Origin: Iphione sp. A-MEVVRFRX5
Taxonomy: Eukaryota
Direction of reading: 5' to 3'
DNA length: 64,000 bases
Assembly: GCA_976226885.1 (NCBI GenBank)
Contig: OZ320316.1
Location: forward strand, 97,402,001 to 97,466,000
The notes under the pieces were generated by a model. The model was not told where the DNA came from. It saw only the letters and a program-made list of their open reading frames with translations, and ran no database searches. Of this stretch, positions 50,070-60,980 are shown one piece after another; the first letter of the stretch is position 1, and each line of letters begins with the position of its first letter. A program made the position numbers and the translations under genes.

Positions 50070-52038
50070 TACATATACCTTTCCTTCTAGTTGCACACTT
50101 AGGCGTAATTTCCATGTATCCGCGTAGCATGTTCATCATGCTACACGGATACATGGATACTTTCCATTCCAAACATACCATGGCCATGAAAATACAGCAG
50201 AATGGGCCATTTCCTATTTTCAAAAAGCATGCTACACAGAGAGGTGCAACATATTACATTGTACATGCTACATATATGCATATAGAAGCAGTCCGGTAGA
50301 TAAGCACAGTTCTCCCTGACGAGGTAAAAGGACAGATAAAAAAAAACAATATGTATGCATGTATAATGAGGGATACAACATGAGTGACAGGTGAGATGGG
50401 GAGAGAGATGCATGTATCTGGAGGAAGCGGTGTGTTGATGGAAAACATGAGGATCATGTGAAAGGAAAGGATTAACGGGTGGCAAGAGGGAGGGAAGTTG
50501 GTAGGGTACAGAGGGTAGTGAGGGCGGGATGAAATAGGAGGGGAGGGAGGGAAAGGAGGTTAGTGGGCAAAGGGAGAGAAGAGAAGAGTAGAGAGGGTTA
50601 AAGGAAAGCAGAGAAGTATAGGATGGGAGTGAGAAGACTGGGTAGAGCAAAGGAAGGTAGGAAGGAAGACAGAAAGAGAAAGGCGAGAAGGGGCACCGAG
50701 GGTATACAGAGAGAACGGAGAAAGAGGCGGGGAGACAATGAGAGCTAACGAATCCATTCCCTGTGATACAACATTTCCCGCTAAATCCGCTAAATAACAA
50801 TGAGTACGTGAGAGTGGGAAGCCATCTAAGCCTCTCACGAATGTCGAACACCCACAACATCTGCCTTCCCACACAATATTACTAACTCTTCTTTAGGAAT
50901 GGTTGCGTCACGTTTTCCAATTTTACCTCATCCATCATGGGCGATGACCTTCCCTCCTTTCTCAGAGGACGTAACAACTCCTGCCACTTCCCCCTCCCTC
51001 CCTCCTTACCTCCCTCCCACCCTCCACCCGTCTCTCCCAGACACGCAGGCGCCGGGGACTCACCATCCGAGCGATCGGCCGGCCGCCTGCCCAGACCACC
51101 TTTACTGCTGGCGCACCCCCCCCCCCCCCTCAACTCCTCCCCCCCCCAAGGGTTGATGGGAGGTGATGACCTAGATAGGTGAGTCACTCGCGGGGAAACC
51201 CATGACGTCATACTGCGGAGGGCCATTCTAGGAACTGGACGGCGGGAGGCAGATGGGCGCCTGGTGAAGCAGTGCCAGCAGCGGCGGCAGCAGCATGCCG
51301 TCGTAGTGGCATTGGTAATGTACTGTGCATATGTATGCCCATCGTATTTTTTTTATGGTTTCATACCAGCCATCGAGCAGAAATGGATGTGGGGGACATT
51401 CTTAGATTGAATATCGCTGAGGTAATTAATTATTCTCGCCGTTAAGTCGCCAAATGACGTGAAATAAGAAATGAGATGGCGTTACAGATATGTAAGGGCG
51501 AAGTTTATAATGATTCTGTGACGGTGTTCTGCATGTTTACGTAGAACCTACGTGAAAAATCAACCGGGTAAAGGGTAAGTGCTGGATAAACACCCGCTGC
51601 TGCAACAACATCTGCAAGATTGGACAGCCATAGTGAAGCGTAATAGAATTCTTGGCGGACGCCGTAAAATGCATACATGTATACAATGTTCATATACAAA
51701 TAACATACATATCTATCCTATTAACAGATCTACAAACCGGCCACGTCTGAAATGCGGACGATTTTGGAAAGAACGGTGGGTGTCTGTAATCGGGACTTCC
51801 GACTGTATTCACATTAAGCCTGGGCTGATATGGATTCACTGGTGACATACACGTGCATGTATATAATAGAGAGCAGGGACAAGCTTAGTTATAAGGAGAA
51901 GGGGTTGAGTACAGTGTAAAAAACTACATGTGTATGTACATGTATTATTACATTTGCAGCAGTGGTGCGGAGTGCCGGTCACCTATATAGGTCCGTAATC
52001 CGCAAAGGCTGAACGACGAGTCGGCATAATCCCGACAA

Positions 52039-52045
<7 letters not shown>

Positions 52046-52079
<34 letters not shown>
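52046..52079. repeat. (TA)n microsatellite
   Basis: Direct reading of the sequence. Confidence 0.95.
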
Positions 52080-52081
<2 letters not shown>

Positions 52082-52854
52082 GACTGAGAGAGAGTAATTA
52101 CAGGGGTCTCTGCTGAGTCGAGAGTGCAAAGGAAGCGAAGGAGATGGATAAAGATAATTATAGGAGTAGGAAGACAAACAGACGGGANNNNNNNNNNNNN
52201 NNNNNNNNNNNNNNNNNNNNNNNNNNNNNNNNNNNNNNNNNNNNNNNNNNNNNNNNNNNNNNNNNNNNNNNNNNNNNNNNNNNNNNNNNNNNNNNNNNNN
52301 NNNNNNNNNNNNNNNNNNNNNNNNNNNNNNNNNNNNNNNNNCAAATCCGGGCTTTGTGAACGTGGCAGATATAGAACAATAATCGTGGCCAACCCGAATC
52401 CAATATCTCCCCCCAACCCCATCTTCATCCCCACCACACACACCTCAGCCCTTTAACGTCCGTATTGATTGACTGTGCAACCCTCCCACCCAACACCCCC
52501 TCCCACCAAAATTCCAGCCAGAGTCAATGGTATCAGTGTCACGTGACCGGCGCGCGCCTGGCACCACGTGACCCAGAAGTAAGAGCCAGGGTCAAAGCCC
52601 AGATTCCTATACTGCACACGTTAAAAATGAGGTTGGGGGCAGAACTAATGGGGAGAAGCGGGAGAAGGAGATATGGAAGTTGTAGAGGTCAGTCGAGTGA
52701 GAGAGAGAAAGAGAGAGTGAGATTGATGGGGAAAAGGGAAAGGAGCAACAGCGAATTCTTATAGTGAGGAAGTTAAAATGGTGTAAGAGACCGGAGTAAT
52801 AGGGAGAGGAGAGATAAGGGAGACGTAGTGGTTAGTTGAAAGCGAGCCAGAGAG

Positions 52855-52856
<2 letters not shown>

Positions 52857-52907
<51 letters not shown>
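52857..52907. repeat. (GA)n microsatellite
   Basis: Direct reading of the sequence. Confidence 0.95.
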
Positions 52908-52916
<9 letters not shown>

Positions 52917-54024
52917 ACAGTAACAGATTTCTAAATTGCAGAAGTTAAATTGGGGTAAAAAAAAAAAAAGTAGAGTTTGGTGCAGGGAATGTAAGACTGG
53001 GATTGAAATAATGGTGAAGAGCGAGGACTTAAGTTTTAACAAATAAATGTAAAGACTGATGGAATGAATAACAAAGGAAGAGGATATCTTCAAGTAGGGG
53101 TTTTTTTTATCTTTTCCTTTTAAACTACCACAGGAGCGAGGAGTAACTGGTCATTGCTCAGGGACCAGTTGAGTTTGGTAGATTCCTCACATATTTCATC
53201 AAGAACAAAGCATACACAGCATAATCTAACATATTGTGAATAAACTGGACATCCAACAATCTGGACAAATTTGCCCCAAAACCCTCAAGTCTCTGAGGTT
53301 CAACGGACTTTGCAAACAGATTGAAAAGAAAGCATATCAAGCACGGGCAGACAGACCCAAGAGGATCCAATAACGAGTCCAGGGAAACGTTCTTCCAGTT
53401 CAACTAAGGGTCATTACCTAGGTGAAGGCCTCCCTGGGCAGAGAGTGAAAACAAACGCTCTCGGAGCTAATGCAAAAAGACACCAGATTCCCATGCTGCT
53501 CACGGCTATGCGAATTTTGATTAAGCATAGCTTAAGAGTCGGGACTTTTTAGAACGATGGAGGAAGTGGTGGATGGTAAACAGAGAAATTACCAATGCAA
53601 GCATGTACATACATGTGTTTTATAGAGGACATTGATTCAATTTATGGAGTTATATGAACTGGAATATAGATAACCTGCTGCATGTACGTTTTTGTAGTGG
53701 CCCGTGGAAAGTGATAGTGGCGGCGTTAGTGTGCCATGAACGCCCCAGGTGGCTCTAGTGTGCTCTCTGGCCCTTCTCACTGTTGTCGAGTACTTGGTTA
53801 AATGTAGGCCACTCCAAGGGCCACACGCGCGGTAGTAAGAGTGAGCGTATGCGCGTGCGCATGGGTTAGAGGGAGGGGGGGAGGAAGAGAGCGAGAGGAG
53901 AGGTAGGGGAGAGAGAGTAGAAGAATGACAGAGAAAGAAACAGATAGATAGGGAGAGAGGGTGCAGTGACAGAGGATATGAGAAGGGAAGGCTGGACAAG
54001 ATAAAAAGGGAGGTAGAGAGAGCG

Positions 54025-54026
<2 letters not shown>

Positions 54027-54115
<89 letters not shown>
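54027..54115. repeat. (GA)n microsatellite (~44 units)
   Basis: Direct reading of the sequence. Confidence 0.95.
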
Positions 54116-54116
<1 letters not shown>

Positions 54117-55049
54117 CAGAAGGACTGGGGGGGAGAAGGAGTGGCGATACGTATGGGGGAGACGAGAAGACACGGGGAAATGACAAATGAGGCATAAGAG
54201 ATGAAAGGAAAGAAGAAGAGACAGGGAGAGAGGAGGGAAAGGGACAATAGAGAGAGCATTGGAGAGAGAAACGGGGCAGATGCGCGAGTACGTGTATGCG
54301 TGGCTGGAAGTGTCTTCTCAGACGTGCGTCCGTGGTCGTCAGTGCATTTGCATGCATGTAGGGTTGCGTATAGTATTGCACGCGTATGCGTGCGTGTGCG
54401 TGTGTGTGTTTGCGTGTCAGTAGTAAACGAGCGCACGTGCACCCGTCGGTAGGTAAGAAGTGATCAGTGAGAAAGCAGGAGGGGAAAGGGGAGGAGGAGG
54501 TGGGGGGGGGGGTAGTTGGTAGGAGGGAGGGGGAGGAGGGGGAGGAGGGGGAGGAGGGGAGGGGTAGAAGGAAGGGACGCGCTCATCGCTCACTCATCGG
54601 TGCCAACTAGCGGAGCATGCGCGTGCAAATTACACGCCTGTACGCACACATAAATACAGACATGTACAAACAGGTCATCTACACACACTCACGCACACGC
54701 CTAAATACAGACACGCACAAGTAAGGGCATACACTTATACGGATGGTCTCTTGGGAATTTCATACAAATACATGTACGCACACAGAAACATTCCTGTTTG
54801 CAGTCTATAGGGAGCCGCATATAAAAAGACTCACATTCAAACTGACATGTACATATATATATATATATAGCTGCCCCCATCAAAGTATATATGAGCAACG
54901 TGTTACAGGCACTGCAGGCGATATGCACACCCATAAACACACACACGCGCGCGCGCGCGTGCATACCTGCATGTAATGTCTCGCTTGTTCCCCGGAACAC
55001 CCACCCACCAGCTAACCCATCCACACCCATGGACTAACAATGCTCCCTC

Positions 55050-55063
55050 GTTGCCATGACAAC
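55050..55063. promoter_or_regulatory. RFX X-box GTTGCCATGACAAC
   Basis: Full 14-bp match to GTYRCCATGRYRAC. Binding not demonstrated. Confidence 0.5.
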
Positions 55064-55776
55064 GCGATGCAGAAATGCACAGCAGTGAGAACCATATCGC
55101 CCAGCACCCCAGTAACCTCCTTGACAACACCCCCCCCCCACTCACTACCCCGATCATCCGCCCCCCAACCCCCACCCAGCCACCTCCTGCCCGTGATGGC
55201 GGGGATCAAATGTGAATTACATTATTTCATTTGGCAGGTTTTCTATTATCAACTTACGCGCTGGGGTAGCAAGAGTGATTAATTAGATAGAAGAGTAAAA
55301 ACAACACGGGAAACCGAGGCAGACGAGAAGAGAGAAGAAATGAGAGGCGATCCCGCAATGAAAGAAAACTCATGTACAGGGCAGACGGAAATTTTCGTAT
55401 ACATGTAGTTCTGATTGTTGCATTACACTTGGTGTCATACTGAACTTATAACCCGAAAACTCCAATATTGCAGCGGTATTAGACTAGGAAGACTGAGAAC
55501 CACCATCACCACAAATTATGGGCAAGTATGCCAGTTTAGTGCAATCTGAGTGTATTGCTAAGAGGAGAAATGCAAGAAACAAATTGCAGAAAAAACCTGG
55601 AACGTTACATGATCCATTGCAAGGAAATAATGGCTGAACAAGTATTAATAACCTTACTAGCCACACGTGATGTGAGTAATATCACCCAATCTGGGAAAAT
55701 AAATACATGCAAACATATATACGCTTCAGCATGACAGAGGAATTGATGCAAACAATATAATTGACGCAACTCTACG

Positions 55777-55923
55777 CTATCGTTCTATCACACAACTGCC
55801 TGACGAAGGCCCGTAAGAGGGCCGAAAGCTCGCGAAAGTTGTACTTGGTTATATGTTGATTAAAGCCACCCTGTTGTTGGAATTCGGTGTCAGTCATCTT
55901 TTCCTCTAGTTCTATCGTTCTAT
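55777..55923 (+). mobile_element. 123-bp ribozyme-bearing insertion (solo PLE pseudo-LTR or monomeric retrozyme) with 12-bp target-site duplication
   Basis: Exact direct repeat CTATCGTTCTAT at 55777-55788 and 55912-55923 brackets 55789-55911. The insert holds the hammerhead followed by ATTAAA (55859-55864). Confidence 0.7.
55792..55842 (+). ncRNA. Minimal type I hammerhead ribozyme (Penelope-like element / retrozyme type)
   Basis: Sequence acaact-gc-CTGACGA-a-GGCCC-gtaaga-GGGCC-GAA-AGCT-C^gc-gaa-agttgt. Intact core (CUGANGA 55800-55806; GAAA 55824-55827), perfect 5-bp stem II, palindromic AGCU in place of stem III, stem I of 2+6 bp with a 3-nt bulge. Predicted cleavage after C55831. Confidence 0.85.
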
Positions 55924-56879
55924 TAATTCGCACAGTTACTTATTTATAGAGCCGAAGTGTCATCACAAGTGATGATACTGCTAATTTCACAGAAATGAAA
56001 TCCCTCCAATTTTCACCACACTTCTACGCTAAATAGAAGCATCTTATTTCACCGGGTGATGGATATCTAAGCCAGTGTAGTTAGTATCCCTTCTTTCATC
56101 ATTTCTCCCCGGATTGCCTCACAAACATAAAGTGATAGTCAAGATCATACAAAACTAAAACTGAGACATCGTAAATTCCCTATATGTGATGATAACTGAC
56201 GAGTTGTATTATGCAACTGCCGTCTATTACAAGAGAAATATTGAACAGCTTTGTAAAAAAAAAACCTTTAAATATACATATATTTCCATTTCAGAATTCG
56301 AACTCAGAAAGTGTTAAAACCCAAAGACTAGGTATCTTCAACGGAATGACATGCTTGAAGCTATGGAATCCTACGAGCGTCAAAATATATGTCTATTTTC
56401 AAAGTCATGCAATGACCGTTAGATGACCCTGACTAGGAAAATGCACGGAAATGATTGAAACACTAAATTGACAAATCTACTTTCAATTATACAAGCATCA
56501 ACGGGGTATGAATCTGGAGCCTGAAATGGAGCCACACCGAAAACTGTCTCTGCTTTGAACTTAATTTCATTACTGTGAGGAGATGGGTACTAAACACAAC
56601 GTATCCTGCATCAACACTACCTCCTCCCTACTTCAAACAGCACAGCAGATGCCGGGTGTGTATCTCCCTAACCCTATCCCCCATCTCCTCTACTACTACG
56701 GGAGTGGGGTTGGGTGGGGGTTGGGTGGGGGGAGAGATAGGCTGCTAAAGTGTATAATGAGCCGGTCAATGAGAGTGGGCGTGGCCACACCTATCAATCA
56801 CTCACGTGACCTCCCCAGGGGTGTGGGTGTATGACCGCCACAGCTCTTTACAATGCAGCCTCACTGTCACTAACCGGAC

Positions 56880-56945
56880 TGACCTAATTACCCCATTGCG
56901 CACGGGCGGCGTGACCTAATTACTGTTTTCCCCATGACCTAATTA
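56880..56945 (-). promoter_or_regulatory. Triple ROR/Rev-erb response element (TAATTAGGTCA x3)
   Basis: TGACCTAATTA on + at 56880-56890, 56912-56922 and 56935-56945, with unrelated spacers. Matches the RRE consensus [A/T]A[A/T]NT[A/G]GGTCA. Function not demonstrated. Confidence 0.55.
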
Positions 56946-57218
56946 GGGGGCATTGCCCACAGACCGATGACCATATCTTTGTGAAAGCCCCGCCCCGCTG
57001 TGGGTGAATTGAGAGACTGGAAGATGACGACTGTTGGGAGTTTGCTGATTGTTGTCAGTGGTCAATTTAGAGACCAAAATGTGTGGGTCGAGAGGTGGGG
57101 ACAAGGGGTTAGTGCGTGGTGGGATAGGGTGATGCACTGGTCTGTGGTCATTTTACAGAGGCCCCTAGTGTGGCTGGAGGGTTAGAGACATCGGGCACTG
57201 TTTGTCGTCACTTAAGAG

Positions 57219-57222
<4 letters not shown>

Positions 57223-57258
<36 letters not shown>
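57223..57258. repeat. (TG)n microsatellite
   Basis: Direct reading of the sequence. Confidence 0.95.
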
Positions 57259-57262
<4 letters not shown>

Positions 57263-60200
57263 TGCGCCCGCGCGCGCGGTAGAGAAGTAGAGATAAGTTA
57301 GTCCATGGTCACTTGAAAGATCATATGTGGATAGACGGGGGAATTACAGAGACAGGGGGAATATACTGGTCGGCGGTCACTTTAGAGAGTACATGTATGT
57401 GTATCATGGAGAGGAGGTATGTGTCCATTTTGGAGTACTTTCTCTATGTGTGCCCATGTCTGTATGCGCGTGTGTATGTGTGAAACATAGACAACCAACA
57501 GGATTTTATATGGACACTGGCCTAAGGTGAATTAGTTCTGGTAATCAATAAAAAAAAGTAAATTGCCCTATAATGCATGTGTTAGCCTGTTTACCAAGTA
57601 ACCATTTGTCAGCTCTTCTGGTGGTGGGTCAACTCTTTTGGAACACGGGGTGAACAAAAAGTGGTATGGGTTTAAACAATTCCTATGCTTTTTTTTATTC
57701 TGGTGGCAAAATCTTTACACTGAAACAAGTTAAGTCCGAACCCTGGCGATAGAACAGACGTGTGACAATAAGTGCTAAACAACACATGTACATGTAATTC
57801 TACTTAATAGTCATAGAATGGAAATGTGACGCTTAATGCTCGACTGCGCGTTCAAATTTGCTACCATCACTTTTAATTTCTTAATAATCATTAGCCACTG
57901 TAACGAAAATCGATAAGAAGTTCAAGTCATTAATTAGCTGATCATAATCATAATGACATTAGCAAGTGGAACTAATGTACCTGTTCCTTTTCATTTTTAC
58001 GAATATGACAAATTGTGCTTGGATGTATTGCTGGCCCGTCACTTGCCTTACGTACAGTACCTCTGTGTAAGGTCTAAGGGGAGGCGGAGGGAGAGGGAGA
58101 AGGGGAGGGGTTGGGAGAGAGGGGAGGTTGGGTTGGGCCCGGATACCAGATCAGATAACGAATCATCCAGCATGACCCATGACCGTGAATGCAAGCGGCA
58201 GCATAATGAATCAGAGATACTAGCGACAGTACTTGGCGAACTGGGGGTTCCATTACAATATGGGCATGCCTGTGGCTGTATGGCATTGCATGTAAACATT
58301 GGGATGTGACACACAAGGAGCAGATGTCCTGTTCTGTCACACTGCAGGCAGACACATGGCTGTATGACACTGTAGGTGAACATGTACATGTATATGTGAT
58401 TTTTTCACCCTATGCATAATTCTATCAGAGTACATTCAGGTATGTGCTTCTATCACTGAACAGACAGAACTGTGGGTCTTTATTGCATGGCATGAAGACC
58501 TGAAGGTCCACTCCATGACAGACAGACTTATGGTTCTTTAACACTGGAGGCAGACATCTGGTTCCATCATGTGACACATACACATAAGGTTTTATCACAC
58601 AAAACAGACAGAGATGCGGGTCTTCTGTAACACAGGGAAAGATATGGGTCCATTACAGGCATATCACATGAAAGAAAAGCACATTGTTCTATCACATTAC
58701 AGGCAAGGATGTGGTGGAACAGCTCTAGAGGCAGACCCACGATTCTCGCATCATACCACAGGCAGGCTTTGTTCTGTATTTCCAGCTTCTGTATTTCTCT
58801 CTATCACTTCAACTTTCCTTCCATTACTTTCCATCACCTCCTTACCTTTCCTGCCCCATATCTCTATCTGTTCCTCCCTCTTTCCTTCCCTACGTTCCAT
58901 TCGTTTCTTCCCTCTTCTCAGTCACCCTCATCCCCTCCCTGTAATAGCCCACTATTACTAAACCCAGACCCTCACCTTATCAATCATAGGCACAGATGAG
59001 AGGGTGTCCCCTGCTTTACGAGTCATTTAACCAATACTGCTATCTCTATTGGCAGCTTAGAGAGCGAGCCGTAGGCCTAATCCCACGACCCTGAAAACAT
59101 ATACAAACACACACACACAGACACACACAAACAGAATCAGACATTCACACATACACATACAGAAACATGCATACCATCACACAGACACACAGAGAAGTAT
59201 AAAAACATGCATGCGGACACATTTAACTATTTGTGGAGACACTACTATTTGTATTGGCAGTTGAGGCAGCGAGTAATGCCGTAATACTAACCCAGACACA
59301 CAAACATGCACAAACACACAAAGTGACATGCACCCAACATACACAACATAGTAATCCGCACACATACAGAAAGTATGAACACATGGCGTTCTCCCACACA
59401 TATAAGCTCAGACACTACCAAACCGAAAGCTTAGTCCCTTCATCTACGTACACACACACACGGAGACACATCACCCAAGAATATATAGGCTTACACGTAA
59501 ACACACACACTTGCATTGTTACACACACACACAAACACTGCACACACACAGACACACACTAATGAGGAAATCTTGGAGCCAGACTGAGAACACGAGGAAA
59601 GAAGTCCCGCAAGACCGTCGTAAATAACGAGAAGAGTCATCCGACCAGGTCACGTGTGATGAAAAATTCAGAGCCAGATAAGGAATCAGCCATAATTTGG
59701 ACAGCATCAAGTAACAAATGATCAGGAGTTAAAAACAAACGCAAAAACAAAACTTAACGAAAAACACACCCCTTTCGTTCACGCACATAGAGGTGCACGT
59801 CTCATCCATGCCTACAGGGGGCGCTGAGTGTCTCTCATTCCAACTCATAGCGGGTGCCGAAGGTGTCCCGTCTCATCCCCACTCATAGGGGGGGGGGCTG
59901 CTCTTCTCACTGCCGAGCTGCTCAATGAATCACGTGATTGCTTGTTAATCTCCAGCGCCCTCGGACGGATTTTTTAACGCCCGACCCCTGGTGGCATCTA
60001 CTTGGGGGGTCCAGAGATGGGGGCACCAATGTACCACTGGATGGCGGTGGTGGGTGGGGACGGGCTAGGGGATGGGCGGAAAGGAGGGGGGGTGTACGGG
60101 GGAGTGAGTAGTAAGGATGAGGAGGGATCAAAAGATCTGAAGTGTGAATATGAAGTACATCCCTGGCTAAGGCAAGGGTATGAATAGTGTTAATATGAGA

Positions 60201-60873
60201 GGAAAGAAGCAGAGGGGGAAAGACTCAAATACGGTACATGTTTACAGAGCANNNNNNNNNNNNNNNNNNNNNNNNNNNNNNNNNNNNNNNNNNNNNNNNN
60301 NNNNNNNNNNNNNNNNNNNNNNNNNNNNNNNNNNNNNNNNNNNNNNNNNNNNNNNNNNNNNNNNNNNNNNNNNNNNNNNNNNNNNNNNNNNNNNNNNNNN
60401 NNNNGGGAGACATGAACCAGCATTGGGTGGCTGAAGAAGCAGAGGAGGAAGAAACAAGGGAGAGGGGAGGGGAGAGGCCATGTTTGAATAGGAGTGATGT
60501 TGGCAACACTCGTGTGAGTGTGTGTGTGTGTGTGTGTGCGCGCGCGCGCGTGTGCTAGCGTGTGCATGTTTTCCACATTATTCCTGTAAATCGTTTCCTG
60601 TACGTTGAACTGCCACCCAAAATGAATAAGCCTGTGTGCGAGCGGTCTCTCGGCTTCCCACGCGTGTGCACTGATGTCACGGAGCTTCAAATGCCATACA
60701 GCACATGCACGCACAAACATGACGAACAACCGTTGTTTCAAACGTAGAACTAAGTTAAAAACATACATATACAGATATATGTATACAGGCATGTTTACAA
60801 ACTGTCTGTATTTGTAAGTTTTCTCTTCTCTTTCGTCTCCCTTACGAACACATTACTCTTTCAGCACAACGCA

Positions 60874-60980
60874 CGCATGCGCACGCACCCTCCTCAAACA
60901 CCTCATTCCATCGGCTCATCTCCCAGTCACTTCCGCTTCATTACGCGCATGCGCAAAGACAAACAAGGGCCGCCTTCCGG
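60874..60980. promoter_or_regulatory. Promoter-like motif cluster (NRF1 x2, ETS/GABP x2)
   Basis: CGCATGCGC 60874-60882, CACTTCCGC 60928-60936, GCGCATGCGC 60945-60954 and CTTCCGG 60974-60980. Confidence 0.35.
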
